Source: an uncultured Verrucomicrobiae bacterium
GTDB taxonomy: Bacteria; Verrucomicrobiota; Verrucomicrobiia; Chthoniobacterales; UBA10450
Direction: 5' to 3'
Length of the DNA stretch: 64,000 nt
Assembly: GCA_963772365.1 (NCBI GenBank)
Contig: CAVYXA010000004.1
Span: 37,761 to 101,760 of the forward strand
Shown: piece after piece, positions 54,163 to 64,000 of the stretch
How the letters are laid out: each line of letters opens with the position of its first letter
Numbering within the stretch: the first letter of the stretch is position 1
Position numbers and translations under genes: made by a program
Notes under the pieces: generated by a model
What the model was told of the DNA's origin: nothing
Database searches by the model: none
The model's input: only the letters and a program-made list of their open reading frames with translations

Positions 54163-55119
54163 TTACAAAACGACAGGTTTGCCTTCCGTCATAACGAGCA
54201 GACTCTCCGCGATCCCGTGAGCACGCGCGGAGGCGAGAAGGCGTTGCGGCGGTTCTTCCATTGGTTCGTAGCCAAGTCGAAATGTTCCGTAATGCATCGG
54301 CACTAATTTCTTCGCCTTTAGCTCGACAAAAGCGCGCACTGCTTCCTCCGGATTCATGTGAACTTCGCGCCCGGTAGGCGGATCGTAAGCGCCGATTGGT
54401 AAGAGCGCGATGTCGATGTTGTAGCGTTCACCTATCTCGCGAAAGCCGGGAAAGAACGCGCTGTCGCCGCAATGAAAAACCGTCCGTCCTTCGGCGGTGA
54501 TGGCAAACCCGCCGAAGCCGCGATGCAGATCTGCGAGGAAACGTGCTCCCCAGTGGTAACAAGGGGTAAGAGAAACTTCGATCGAACCGAGCTTCACCGT
54601 TTGCCAGCAATCGAGCTCATGCACAATGTGGAACCCGAGATCATGCACAAGATTCCCCACACCGATGGGAACGACGATCGGTTGATCGGCCGCCACCTTG
54701 CGCAAGGTCCGACGATCGAGATGATCGAAATGAGCATGCGTCACCAGAACGATGTCGATCTCCGGCAGGTGATGGATTTCAAATCCCGGTTTCTTCAGGC
54801 GTTTGATTACCTTGAGCCACTTCGACCAGATCGGGTCGATCAAGATGTTCATCTCGCGCGTTTGCAACAGAAACGAAGCGTGACCGATCCAGGTCAGACA
54901 AATCTGACCCGGCTGAATCAGAGGAAATTCCGGTGGCACATAATCACCCGAGCGCCGAGTGAACAGCGAGGGAATAAGCACCTCCGATAAATAATTGCGC
55001 CGATGCCAATCGCTCCGCGGCCGCATTTTTACCCGGGTGGAACGATGAACCTCAGAGGCCTTATCCGGAGACTGGCGAATTACATTCCGCTGACTTTTTT
55101 TCGCAAAGGGAATCGGCAC
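54163..55119 (-). CDS. MBL-fold metallo-hydrolase (NAPE-PLD-like)
   Basis: TWIGHASFLLQT and VTHAHFDHLD (HxHxDH) motifs with downstream His/Asp ligands. The start is uncertain. Confidence 0.7.
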   Translation of the reverse strand: MPIPFAKKSQRNVIRQSPDKASEVHRSTRVKMRPRSDWHRRNYLSEVLIPSLFTRRSGDYVPPEFPLIQPGQICLTWIGHASFLLQTREMNILIDPIWSKWLKVIKRLKKPGFEIHHLPEIDIVLVTHAHFDHLDRRTLRKVAADQPIVVPIGVGNLVHDLGFHIVHELDCWQTVKLGSIEVSLTPCYHWGARFLADLHRGFGGFAITAEGRTVFHCGDSAFFPGFREIGERYNIDIALLPIGAYDPPTGREVHMNPEEAVRAFVELKAKKLVPMHYGTFRLGYEPMEEPPQRLLASARAHGIAESLLVMTEGKPVVL

Positions 55120-55183
55120 TTGGAGAGAACGATATGAAGCGGCGACGGCGAATCAAAATTTTTCGATTTTCGGGAGAGATCAG

Positions 55184-56113
55184 TTGCTCAATGGAAAATT
55201 TGGCATTCTCTTTGTCGGGGTAAATATGGGGAAGTGGAAAATCTTCGTTGCAGTCGCGCTGATTGGCTCGACTGCGTTTGCATCGGAGCACGGATTGCCT
55301 TTCGGCACCGTTTTTAAGGGGCACGATCGGTTCGACCGGCTGGTGACACAGGCAAAACAGGAAAATTGGAAGGCGCTACCGATCGGTGAACGGACTGCTG
55401 CGGTTGGTCATGCTCTTGTGGGAACGCGGTACCGGCATTTTACACTGGAGATCGACAATCGAATCGAGGCGCCTTCCGTCAATTTCAACGGAATGGATTG
55501 CTGGACCTTTTTCGAAACAGCACTGGGTTTCGCCCGCATGTTGAATGAACCGGAGGAGAACTGGACCCCGGAAATGCTTTTGCATTACATCGAGAAGGAT
55601 CGATATCGCGGCGGGGTTTGCACGGGTGACTATCTTTCTCGACTCCATTATCTGGAGGATTGGTTGCACGATAACGATCAGCGCGGATTGGTCGAAGATT
55701 TGACGCGCGACCTGGGCGGTCGAAGCGTTCCGCATTCAGCCCGGGAGATGTCGGTTGGCTGGCGGCATTATCGATATCTGACAGCGAATCGAGCCTTGCT
55801 CGGTCCGTTAGCCAAGATGGAAGCACGCGTATCGGCGCGGCCACTGTATCAGATCCCGAAAAGCCGGGTAGCCAGGATCGAACCGAAACTGCGAAGCGGC
55901 GATATCATCGGAATTGTTTCGCACGATGGCCGGCATCTTTATTCCACATCGCATGTCGGCCTGGCCCTTCGAACCAGGGATGGCGTTTTGCATTTCCTGC
56001 ACGCATCAGCGCCAAACAATTATGGACGCGTCGTAGTTGATTCGCGCCTCTCGACTTATTTGCACCGCTTCCGGTCCGACAGCGGAATCCTGGTTGCGCG
56101 TCCGGTGAAATAA
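55184..56113 (+). CDS. DUF1460 (amidase-like) domain secreted protein
   Basis: The likely start is MGKWKIF at 55226, which gives a signal peptide. It has the GMDCWTFFETALGFARM catalytic-Cys-like block and SHVGLAL. The family call is from memory. Confidence 0.5.
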   Translation: MLNGKFGILFVGVNMGKWKIFVAVALIGSTAFASEHGLPFGTVFKGHDRFDRLVTQAKQENWKALPIGERTAAVGHALVGTRYRHFTLEIDNRIEAPSVNFNGMDCWTFFETALGFARMLNEPEENWTPEMLLHYIEKDRYRGGVCTGDYLSRLHYLEDWLHDNDQRGLVEDLTRDLGGRSVPHSAREMSVGWRHYRYLTANRALLGPLAKMEARVSARPLYQIPKSRVARIEPKLRSGDIIGIVSHDGRHLYSTSHVGLALRTRDGVLHFLHASAPNNYGRVVVDSRLSTYLHRFRSDSGILVARPVK

Positions 56114-56134
56114 TATCCGCCCGGAAAATCGAAG

Positions 56135-58156
56135 TCACTGGCTGGTTGCAGTCGGCAGCTCGATCGCGAATGTCGCTCCTTTGCCCAACCCCTCGCTTTT
56201 CGCGCGAATCGCGCCGCGGTGCATCTCAATAATGACCTTACTGATGGCCAGGCCAAGGCCCAGACCTTCCCGACGCGAATCGATCTGCTCAAAAGCGTCA
56301 AAGATCTTTTCAAGGTTTTCGGCGCTAATCCCAATACCGCTATCGCTGATCTCGATGGCAATCGATCCGGGGGTTGGGTTGTGCGAACGGATGGAAATGA
56401 CACCGCTTTCCGGAGTGAACTTGCAGGCGTTGCGAAGCACGTTCCAAAAGACCTGCTGCAAACGCGAGGAATCGACCCGAAGGGTATGATCTTTTGCGTC
56501 CAGCTTTACTACCAGGTTGAGATGCTTGGCGTGAATATCGCTGGCCACGATCTCGATAGCCTGCCGAACCAGATCGTGCGCGTCGGCCTGGCGAAGTTGC
56601 AGCTGGAGTTTCCCGCGGGACAGCCGGGTAAGATCGAGAAGATCGTCGATCAATCGTGCCTCCAATTCGACGTTGCGGCAGACCATTTTTAGTCCTTCCC
56701 GCATTTCCGGAGTTAACCCGGGTTGATCGACAGTGCCTCCCGCCCAAATCAACACTGGTGTAAGCGGGGTGCGCAGTTCGTGACTCAGCGTTGCCAGGAA
56801 TCGGTCCTTGGCCGCATTGGCCGTCTCGGCTGCTTCTTTTTGGCGCTGCAATTCCGCTTCCGTCTGGCGCCGTTGTATGAAAAGGCCAATCTGACTTCCC
56901 AACGCCTGGGCGAGCTGGAGCAGATCGTCGTCGGGCTCGACTACCGCCGGACTAAACAATTCCAGGACACCTTTCATCGAGTCTTCGGCTAACAGAGGAA
57001 AACCGAATCCGCCACAGATCCCCGCCTCGGCCGCGAAATCTTTGCGAGGAAAATTGCTGTCTTTGCTGACGTCGCTGATCCAGAAGGGCCTTTTCGATGA
57101 AAACACGCGCCCTGGCAGTCCAATGGAATTCAGCAATGGCGTGGTTCGCGTGACGCTCTGAAATTTCTCCAGCCAAGGCGCCCCCGTATGCCAGGTAACT
57201 TCGCACCGCAGTATTTTTTCAGATTCGTTCCAGAGCCAGATCGAGCCGAAGATCCAGTTGCCGCTTCCGGCGATGATCTCAATAATGTGCGGCCCTGCTT
57301 CGGCAAGGGAATGGGAACCGGCTAGCAAATTCGCAATCGCGTATTGAGCTGACCGGCGCCGTTCGATCCGCACCCGCGCGGTGATGTCGCGCGCAATTTT
57401 TGATGCGCCGACCACATGTCCGTCTTCATCCTTGATGGGGGAACGCGTCATCGACACGTTCACGTGCGTTCCATCCTTTCGACGACGCACACTTTCGTAG
57501 CGCTCCACCCTTTCTCCCAGCCGAATCTGATCGAGCACAACCTGTTCTTCGTTGTGCCGTTCGGGGGGAATCAAAATGGCGATCGATTTGCCGATCACTT
57601 CCTCAGGCGTGTAACCATACAGCCGCTGGGCACCCTGATTCCAGCTCCTGATATCGCCGTTCAGATCCGTGCTGAGAATTGCATCTTGAGAAGAATGCAC
57701 GATTGCAGCTAGGTGCCGCTGGGCTTCTTCATCCCGTTTACGTTTCGTGATATCACGCAGGTAAGCGGTGAAGAACGGTTTACTGTCGATCCTGTAAGGA
57801 GTAATCGCCAATTCCACAAGAATTTCCGATCCGTCTCGACGCAATGCATTGATCTCGACGCGCTTTCCGAGGAATATGCCTTGCCCGGTCTTTAAAAAAT
57901 TGGCCAGCCCGCGGCGGTGTTGATCTCGGAACCGCGCCGGAATGATTAGCTCGGCGAGTTCCCTTCCGATTACTTCATCCCGAGTAAAACCGAATATGCG
58001 TTCGGCCGCGGGATTGAACTCCAGAATATTACCCCTGCCATCGATACAGATGATGCAATCGAGGGCCGATTCGAGAATGGCATGGTTGAGCGACTCGGCC
58101 CAGCCGGGCGGGCGACGGATTCGAACTCGCTTTTCCTTGGTTTTGTGCGGCGGCAT
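56135..58156 (-). CDS. PAS-PAS-GAF sensor histidine kinase
   Basis: Two PAS modules (CIDGRGNILEFNPAAERIFGFTRDEVIG; STDLNGDIRSWNQGAQRLYGYTPEEVIG), a GAF region, the H-box FLATLSHELRTPLTP, the N-box VFWNVLRNACKFT, and G-boxes DSGIGI and GLGLGLAI. Confidence 0.88.
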   Translation of the reverse strand: MPPHKTKEKRVRIRRPPGWAESLNHAILESALDCIICIDGRGNILEFNPAAERIFGFTRDEVIGRELAELIIPARFRDQHRRGLANFLKTGQGIFLGKRVEINALRRDGSEILVELAITPYRIDSKPFFTAYLRDITKRKRDEEAQRHLAAIVHSSQDAILSTDLNGDIRSWNQGAQRLYGYTPEEVIGKSIAILIPPERHNEEQVVLDQIRLGERVERYESVRRRKDGTHVNVSMTRSPIKDEDGHVVGASKIARDITARVRIERRRSAQYAIANLLAGSHSLAEAGPHIIEIIAGSGNWIFGSIWLWNESEKILRCEVTWHTGAPWLEKFQSVTRTTPLLNSIGLPGRVFSSKRPFWISDVSKDSNFPRKDFAAEAGICGGFGFPLLAEDSMKGVLELFSPAVVEPDDDLLQLAQALGSQIGLFIQRRQTEAELQRQKEAAETANAAKDRFLATLSHELRTPLTPVLIWAGGTVDQPGLTPEMREGLKMVCRNVELEARLIDDLLDLTRLSRGKLQLQLRQADAHDLVRQAIEIVASDIHAKHLNLVVKLDAKDHTLRVDSSRLQQVFWNVLRNACKFTPESGVISIRSHNPTPGSIAIEISDSGIGISAENLEKIFDAFEQIDSRREGLGLGLAISKVIIEMHRGAIRAKSEGLGKGATFAIELPTATSQ

Positions 58157-58176
58157 TTGCGCAGACGATTAGTAGT

Positions 58177-58989
58177 CTATTGCGGATTATAACCAAATTG
58201 GCTATCCAGCTTTCTAATCGCATCTGCCGCATACCGCTGGTCGTCGGCGGAAAGATATTCTCGATAACCACCGATCTTGCCACGCCGGACTTTGAAGGAT
58301 TCCGGATCAAGCACATCGCCAGCGCGGAGAATCTTGGAATCGAACGCGCCCGCCGCCTCCATTTTTTGCATATTTTCGAACCGGGAAAACTCGATAGTCT
58401 GCTGCAAGATCGACATATCGGGTGTCGCCTCGCCCAGGAGCCCGAGTAACGTCCGAAAGTGTTCGACTGGTGCGGCGCGCAGTGATTCATATCGCAACAG
58501 GCTAAAATCCGGTCGGCCGGAAAATTCGCGCATCCATTCGTTCATCGTTCTCACCATCGCCCGAATACCGAAGCGTCGATCACGTAGAACTTCACTGATT
58601 GAGCGGGCTCTTAGTCTTTCCGCTGTCGCGGGGTCACGACGCGTCATCTGGAGATAGAGTGAGACAAAACAATCGCGGGGATCTCGCGCCAGCAAAATAA
58701 TGCGCGCCTGGCCAAGCTCTTTGGACGGAATCAAATATTTCCCGCGCAGTTTGTCCCATTGGCGTCCTTTTGTTCTATACTCGAATCGATCGTGCGAATA
58801 AATGATCCGCGGAATCTTAAGATCGACATATTGCTCGGGCTCGAGAGTAAATTCACGACCATTCCGTTTGCAAAAATACGCGCACAGGAATGTTCGCACC
58901 CAGGTCCGTCCGCTTTTGGGAATCGAAATAATGATTGCGTCGCCACCGGAAAGATGACGCGCACGGCTGCTTAAGTTTCTCCGGATCAT
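58177..58989 (-). CDS. Sulfotransferase domain protein
   Basis: The IISIPKSGRTWVRTFL PAPS 5'-PSB loop and ILLARDPRDCFVS. Its start overlaps the stop of the upstream ClC gene by 4 nt. Confidence 0.7.
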   Translation of the reverse strand: MIRRNLSSRARHLSGGDAIIISIPKSGRTWVRTFLCAYFCKRNGREFTLEPEQYVDLKIPRIIYSHDRFEYRTKGRQWDKLRGKYLIPSKELGQARIILLARDPRDCFVSLYLQMTRRDPATAERLRARSISEVLRDRRFGIRAMVRTMNEWMREFSGRPDFSLLRYESLRAAPVEHFRTLLGLLGEATPDMSILQQTIEFSRFENMQKMEAAGAFDSKILRAGDVLDPESFKVRRGKIGGYREYLSADDQRYAADAIRKLDSQFGYNPQ

Positions 58990-60710
58990 TGAGGACCGCC
59001 CTCGCGCTCGGCAACGGCAAGTTGGGCCCGGAGCAGATCGTGCAAGGTCACAATGCCAATCAATTTGTTCCCCGAATGATCGGTGATGGCGAGTGTGCCA
59101 GTGGTGGATTGAATCAGGCGCGTTTGCGATTGGCGAATCGATTCACCCGGCCGGCAAGTCACAGCCTGTTCCAGTTTTGGTTGTCGATGCTCCGCCAGGG
59201 CCGCTGTGATCTCCGTGCGGGTGGCGACACCTTTGACCTGGCCATTTTCGATGACTGGAAAATGTCGATAGGGATAGTGTTCGATCAATTCCGCCAACGT
59301 TTGCTCCGAGAGATCGTTCGCCGCCACCGGCTTGAAATTTGCCAGCGCGGAGATCGGAAGATTTTGCCACGAGCGCAAGTCGCGCGGTGGAATCAGATGG
59401 TCGAGGTCGTGTCCATCCTGGCAAAGAACCTGGTCGTAGAAGTTCGTGCGATTGATCGCACGGGCAATCACTTGGCTGATTAAGCCGGCCAACATCAGCC
59501 CTGGAACCAGCGCGAACTGGTGGGTCATTTCAAAGATGATCAGGATCGCCGTGACCGGCGCTTGCACCACGGCGCCGAGGCAAGCGCTCATTCCACCAAC
59601 CGCGAGCAGAACTGAATCGCTTTCATTCAGCTGGAGAAAATGTCCGCCCAATCCCGCAACGACAACGCCGCACATTCCGCCGAGGAAAAGATTGGGTGAA
59701 AATATTCCACCGCATCCTCCGAATCCGTAACAGGCAATCGTGGCGACGAGTTTGCCCGCCAATAAAGCTGCTGCGAGTTGCCAGGTAAAATCTCGATTGA
59801 GCGCCGAGGATAAATCTTCATAGCCCAAGGCGAATACGCCGAGATGCGCCGTCGCGAAAAATACCCCCACGCCCACAGACCAGGTAATCAATCCGCCTCC
59901 CAGTGGATGCAACCAGCGTGGAATGGCGCGGACTTTTTTCATCCCGGCGCGCAACGCGAGCGAGCCGCGCTGGAAGATTACGCCGAGCAAAGCTGATGCT
60001 CCGGCAGCGATCGGCATGAGAACGTAGGAGCGCCAGCTTGGTTCGCCGATGTGCGGCAAAATAAATGCCGGCTGCGGCCCGATAAACGCGTGAACAACGA
60101 ACGCGCCGATGACTGCGGCCAACAGAACCGGCCCCAGCGAACGACTGTTCAAATCGCCAATGATCTCCTCGAGCACGAACGCTACCGATGCCAGGGGGGC
60201 GTTGAACGCCGCCGCCAAACCCGCAGCTGCTCCGGCCGCGCTCGCTGCGCGCCTGTTTTGTTTCGTCACCCCAAACCAGCCGGCGATTGTCGATGATAAA
60301 TTGCTCCCGATCTGCACCGTTGGTCCTTCGCGACCCAGTGCTTGACCGCCACCGATGCAGACAGCACCGGCAATAAATTTTACGAGCGCGATCCGACTCG
60401 GCGCGTGCCCGAATTCCTTCCAGAAATTCAACTTTACCTGCGGAATTCCGCTGCCAGCCGCTTCCGGAGCGAAGGAGTTCAGAAGCCAACCTGTGAGCAG
60501 CGACCCAGCGACGATTGCGACCAGGCTAATCCATAGAAAGCGGGACGTGTTCATCGCCGCGGGAGCTACGAATGCGCGCCCGTAGATCCAGTTGATCGCT
60601 AATTGAAATCCAACCGCAGCGATGCTCGCCGCCAAAGCATAAATACAAGTCCCGAGAATCGGGCGCGCCTTGTCGTGCACCCGATGAAACTCGGTCGCCA
60701 AGGATCTCAC
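58986..60710 (-). CDS. ClC family voltage-gated chloride channel/antiporter with a C-terminal CBS pair
   Basis: GSGIPQV, GREGPTVQIG and GIFSPNLFLG selectivity-filter motifs, with two CBS repeats at the C-terminus. Confidence 0.87.
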   Translation of the reverse strand: MRSLATEFHRVHDKARPILGTCIYALAASIAAVGFQLAINWIYGRAFVAPAAMNTSRFLWISLVAIVAGSLLTGWLLNSFAPEAAGSGIPQVKLNFWKEFGHAPSRIALVKFIAGAVCIGGGQALGREGPTVQIGSNLSSTIAGWFGVTKQNRRAASAAGAAAGLAAAFNAPLASVAFVLEEIIGDLNSRSLGPVLLAAVIGAFVVHAFIGPQPAFILPHIGEPSWRSYVLMPIAAGASALLGVIFQRGSLALRAGMKKVRAIPRWLHPLGGGLITWSVGVGVFFATAHLGVFALGYEDLSSALNRDFTWQLAAALLAGKLVATIACYGFGGCGGIFSPNLFLGGMCGVVVAGLGGHFLQLNESDSVLLAVGGMSACLGAVVQAPVTAILIIFEMTHQFALVPGLMLAGLISQVIARAINRTNFYDQVLCQDGHDLDHLIPPRDLRSWQNLPISALANFKPVAANDLSEQTLAELIEHYPYRHFPVIENGQVKGVATRTEITAALAEHRQPKLEQAVTCRPGESIRQSQTRLIQSTTGTLAITDHSGNKLIGIVTLHDLLRAQLAVAEREGGPQ

Positions 60711-60734
60711 GCCCCGATCATAGCGTGTTAATCG

Positions 60735-62537
60735 CTACTCAGCGAACAAGCCGATTCCTTCCGCCATCGAGTGGGCGATTCGTTCCTTGGAAATCCAGCC
60801 GCGGATTTCGCTCCCCGAGTTCACGGCCAAATTGCCGGAAACTAAAAAAACGTCGGTCCGGTTCGTATGCATTCGGGTCACGATTTCGAACAGCGTCGTG
60901 TTTTCACCGATCACGTCGTAATTCAAGTTCGCGGCGTCGCCCACAGTTTCCGTTTCCGGGCGGCGTCGCATTGCTCGATACGCCATCTCTTCGGTCAAGA
61001 CCCCTTTAATTTGGCCATCACGTTCGATCACGAACAAGGGCGGTGTTGCACCCGGTTCCGGCATTTTCTTTCTTAATTCTTCCAAAGTGACTCCAGCTGG
61101 CAACAGCGTCATATTTTCGTTCTTCAAATCGCGCGCCAACCGCATGTGTTGAAGATTGGTCTGGAGCGCGTCGGGCATATAATGGCCGCGGCGGGCGAGC
61201 TTCAGGGTGTAAATGCTTTCTTTGAGCAGCACCTTTCGCACTCCGTAACTGATCGCCACCGTAATCGTCATCGGCACGATCACGCCATAATCCCGCGTCA
61301 TTTCGAAGATCATGACGATCGATGTAATCGCAGCGCTGGTTGCGCCACCCACCATTCCGGCCATGCCCGCCACGGCAAACGCCGGCGGACTGATGGGCAA
61401 GGCCGGAAACAAAACGCCTAACACGCTTCCGTAGGTCGCACCCAGAGTTGCTCCCAAATACAAAGAGGGAGAAAAAATCCCGCCGGATCCACCGGAACCG
61501 AGAGTCAACGATGTCGCCATCAGTTTAAGCACAAATAACAGAGCCAACGGTCCCGCGGTCGCTAACACTCCGGACAAAATATCCTGCACTGTCGAGTAAC
61601 CGATCCCCTGGATGTAATAATGCCCCCATCCCCGCATCATCAGATACATCATCACGCCGACGAGCAACATCCCCAGCGTGTGTCGCACGTAGTAATTACC
61701 TCGAATCTTTTTCTCAAACAAATCCTCGAAGACATAGATCGATCGAATGAACAAGGCGGCCGCGCCACCGGCCAGGACTGCGAGCCCGACATAGGAGAGA
61801 AGCACCACCGGATTGGTCGCATGATAAAACGACTCGCGAAATTCCGGGATGACGAATGACGGATTCGCGCCGAAGAACAACCGACCGATATACGTGGCGG
61901 TCGCCGTTGAAATTGCCACGGGCACAAGTGTCCAGACGCTCACTTCGTGCAACATGATCTCGGCCGCGAACAAAATGCCCCCGATGGGTGTATTGAAGGT
62001 TGCCGCGATCCCGCCGCCGGCGCCGGCTGCGATCAAAGTCACGCGTTGCCAGGCTGGAATCCGCAGCCATTGACCAAATGTCGATCCGAACGCGGACGCG
62101 ATCTGGATGATCGGGCCTTCCCGTCCCACCGAGCCACCGCTGCCGATGGAAAGAGCTGAGGCCATCGCTTTCACGAAAGCAACGACAGGACGAATCAAGC
62201 CCTTATTGTAATAAATTGCGTCCATCACTTCGGGGACGCCGTGGCCCTTTGCTTCGGGCGCAAATGTCTTGACCAGAAACGCCACGCCCAAACCGCCAAT
62301 CACCGGAGCGAGAATGATCCAGGGACCCCATGGCCCGGCGGGAGTGTGCGCATTGGCGTCGTAGAAGATCGACAATCGGCCAAGGAAAAAAAGATTGTGG
62401 AAAAACGCGATCAGCCCGCGAAAAGCGGCTGCGCCCAAACCTGAAACGATCCCGACTATGACTGATAATCCCCAGAGCGAAAATGGACCGATCGGGCGGC
62501 TGCGTTTTATCTGTTTATTACTGTCGGGTTCCGCCAT
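60735..62537 (-). CDS. ClC family voltage-gated chloride channel/antiporter with a C-terminal CBS pair (tandem paralog)
   Basis: KGHGVPEV, GREGPIIQIAS and GIFSPSLYLG motifs, followed by a CBS pair. Confidence 0.87.
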   Translation of the reverse strand: MAEPDSNKQIKRSRPIGPFSLWGLSVIVGIVSGLGAAAFRGLIAFFHNLFFLGRLSIFYDANAHTPAGPWGPWIILAPVIGGLGVAFLVKTFAPEAKGHGVPEVMDAIYYNKGLIRPVVAFVKAMASALSIGSGGSVGREGPIIQIASAFGSTFGQWLRIPAWQRVTLIAAGAGGGIAATFNTPIGGILFAAEIMLHEVSVWTLVPVAISTATATYIGRLFFGANPSFVIPEFRESFYHATNPVVLLSYVGLAVLAGGAAALFIRSIYVFEDLFEKKIRGNYYVRHTLGMLLVGVMMYLMMRGWGHYYIQGIGYSTVQDILSGVLATAGPLALLFVLKLMATSLTLGSGGSGGIFSPSLYLGATLGATYGSVLGVLFPALPISPPAFAVAGMAGMVGGATSAAITSIVMIFEMTRDYGVIVPMTITVAISYGVRKVLLKESIYTLKLARRGHYMPDALQTNLQHMRLARDLKNENMTLLPAGVTLEELRKKMPEPGATPPLFVIERDGQIKGVLTEEMAYRAMRRRPETETVGDAANLNYDVIGENTTLFEIVTRMHTNRTDVFLVSGNLAVNSGSEIRGWISKERIAHSMAEGIGLFAE

Positions 62538-62658
62538 GGACGATACATTTGGATTTTTCGAATCGACTCCTCATGGCGGACGTTCGATTCGCCCGGAGGC
62601 ATTAAGAATAGGCAGGCAAACCCGACTTAAAGCAAGCCTATCAAGGAGACAACGGATT

Positions 62659-64000
62659 CTATCTTTCGGCCAATTTCCCCGGGCCCCACAATGCCCTTCC
62701 CGGTTTTGCGCCAGTGTGCTCGCCGTCCTTGATCACCTGGACGCCGTTCACGAAAACGTGCTTCACGCCGATTGCGTATTGCTGTGGTTTCTCATAGGTA
62801 GCGCGATCGGCGATCGTCGCCGGATCGAACACGACGACGTCGGCAAACATTCCTTCCTTCAGGAACCCGCGATGATCGAGTCCAAGGTTTGTCGCCGGCA
62901 GACCGCTCAACTTATGAATCGCCTCCGGCATCGGGAGCACTTTTTCGTCGCGGACATATTTGCCCAGAACACGCACAAAATTTCCGTAAGCACGCGGATG
63001 CGGATGAGACTTGAGAAAAACGCCTTCCGGCGCCTGGGAAGATTCATCGGAACCAAAGGAAATCCATGGCTTGGCAATTTTCTTCTTCACGTTCTCTGCC
63101 GACATTACGAAATAGATTGTGTCGATCCGCGATTCATCTTCGGCGATCAGGTCCATGATCGTTTCGATCGGATCTTTTCCGCGCATTTTTGCCACTTCGG
63201 CAAGCGTTTTGCCGGTGAGCGGTTTCAGTTTCTCGGTTTTGAACCCGACCAGCAGAATCTTATCAGGCGAACCAGCGGCCAGATAAAGGTTTTCCCATTT
63301 GTCGCTGTCGATCTTCACCTCGGCGGCAATCTTTTTTCGCGTCGCCGGATCGCGCAACCGTTTGAACAGCGCGGGATAGCCTCCATCCTGCGTCCACGGC
63401 GGAAGACATGCATCTAATCCTGTCGCCGCGGCCGTGTAGGTGTACATGTCGGCGGTAATTTTTAATCCCTCTTTTTGCGCGGCTTCGATTCGCGCCAGAA
63501 AGGGCTCCAACTTGGGCCAATTCTTTTCGCCGGCTGCTTTAATGTGATAAATCTCGGCTGGAATGTGGGCCTCTCGCGCGATCCGGATCAGTTCGTCCGT
63601 CGCTTCGAACAGCTGATTTCCTTCACTGCGCATGTGAGAGATGTATTTGCCCTTGTACTTCGCAGCGACTTTGCAAAGCTCGATCAGTTCACCGGTCTTG
63701 GCATAAAACGCCGGCGGATAAATCAATGAGCTGCCGATACCGAGCGCGCCATCTTCCATGGCCCGGCGCACAATCTCGCGCATCTCATCGAGTTGTTTCG
63801 GTGTCGGCTGTTTGTCTTCGAGGCCGATGACATACTCGCGAACCGTAGTGGCGCCGAGAAATGACGCGACATTGCAGGAAATTCCGTGCTGCTCGAGATA
63901 GCGCAGATATTCCGCCAGCGCGTTCCATTTGATGTCGAACTTGATGTCCTTCTGCTCGTCGAGCATTCGCTTTTTCATCCGGTCATTGAGCGGACCCATC
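62659..64000 (-). CDS. N-acyl-D-amino-acid deacylase (D-aminoacylase) family amidohydrolase; the N-terminal part lies outside the window
   Basis: C-terminal blocks GFLKEGMFADVVVFDP...ATYEKPQQYAIGVKHVFVNGVQVIKDGEHTG and SHMRSEG are typical. The usual ~100-aa N-terminal HxH region is missing, so the ATG at 63999 is probably internal. Confidence 0.75.
   Translation of the reverse strand, partial: MGPLNDRMKKRMLDEQKDIKFDIKWNALAEYLRYLEQHGISCNVASFLGATTVREYVIGLEDKQPTPKQLDEMREIVRRAMEDGALGIGSSLIYPPAFYAKTGELIELCKVAAKYKGKYISHMRSEGNQLFEATDELIRIAREAHIPAEIYHIKAAGEKNWPKLEPFLARIEAAQKEGLKITADMYTYTAAATGLDACLPPWTQDGGYPALFKRLRDPATRKKIAAEVKIDSDKWENLYLAAGSPDKILLVGFKTEKLKPLTGKTLAEVAKMRGKDPIETIMDLIAEDESRIDTIYFVMSAENVKKKIAKPWISFGSDESSQAPEGVFLKSHPHPRAYGNFVRVLGKYVRDEKVLPMPEAIHKLSGLPATNLGLDHRGFLKEGMFADVVVFDPATIADRATYEKPQQYAIGVKHVFVNGVQVIKDGEHTGAKPGRALWGPGKLAER

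Noticed and set aside
62395-63417. 340-aa plus-strand ORF
   Set aside because: It lies entirely antisense to the well-supported D-aminoacylase gene. It has no recognisable motifs and an Arg/His-rich shadow-ORF composition.
1-64000. tRNA, rRNA, tmRNA and RNase P genes
   Set aside because: I scanned the spacers for T-loop-like GGTTCGAATCC/GTTCAAATC motifs and for long non-coding stretches. No cloverleaf candidates were found, and every occurrence of a similar string lay inside a well-supported CDS. A tRNAscan or Infernal run would be needed for certainty.

Overview
This is a 64 kb bacterial chromosomal window with high coding density. I call about 55 intact CDS, three pseudogenes and one unlisted micro-ORF. 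By eye I found no rRNA, tRNA or CRISPR array. The gene content (dockerin-like tails, FG-GAP/beta-helix secreted proteins, weak SD usage) suggests a soil PVC/Verrucomicrobia-like organism, but that is only a guess.

Gene order:
- 1-6.2 kb: uvrA (5' truncated), lgt, and a tolQ-tolR-tolA/tonB-like-tolB cluster.
- 6.2-13.7 kb: an ATP-dependent DNA ligase coupled to an unknown 228-aa gene, a sulfotransferase, an HxlR regulator, an HtrA-like protease, purD, an S41 peptidase and scpB.
- 13.8-19.9 kb: a minus-strand string of a GH75-like protein, a sigma-54 response regulator, a GT-C-like membrane protein and glmM.
- 20-28 kb: lysA, then an accessory patch of secreted proteins (beta-helix/FG-GAP protein plus a decayed paralog, a PQQ-like propeller) and a MazF-type toxin-antitoxin cassette.
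- 28.2-31.5 kb: a complete pqqABCDE operon. pqqA is not in the ORF track.
- 31.6-34.8 kb: bacterial topoisomerase IB, a DUF748 protein and a 3D-domain protein.
- 34.9-47 kb: a phosphate/polyphosphate neighbourhood (CYTH, CHAD, sixA, ROK/ppgK-like, ppk1, phoU, pstBACS), interrupted by a BNR sialidase-like gene and a small secreted ORF between CHAD and sixA.
- 47.2-49.2 kb: lipB, ruvC and a DUF1003 protein.
- 49.3-52.3 kb: two frameshift-riddled pseudogenes (thiolase and glutaryl-CoA dehydrogenase-like) flanking an intact small gene.
- 52.6-64 kb: an orphan SucC-like protein, MBL hydrolase, DUF1460 protein, PAS-GAF histidine kinase, a second sulfotransferase, two tandem ClC channels and a truncated D-aminoacylase.

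The most unusual signal is at the repeat level. Three families of short palindromic elements are present:
- Family A: a ~90-nt hairpin element.
- Family B: a 60-nt nested palindrome.
- Family C: GTAG-headed REP/REPIN units.

Copies of these sit inside coding sequence without breaking the frame. Family C is in pqqB, pqqC and pqqE (pqqE twice), and Family B is in lysA. Other copies donate stop or start codons to uvrA, sixA and pstC.
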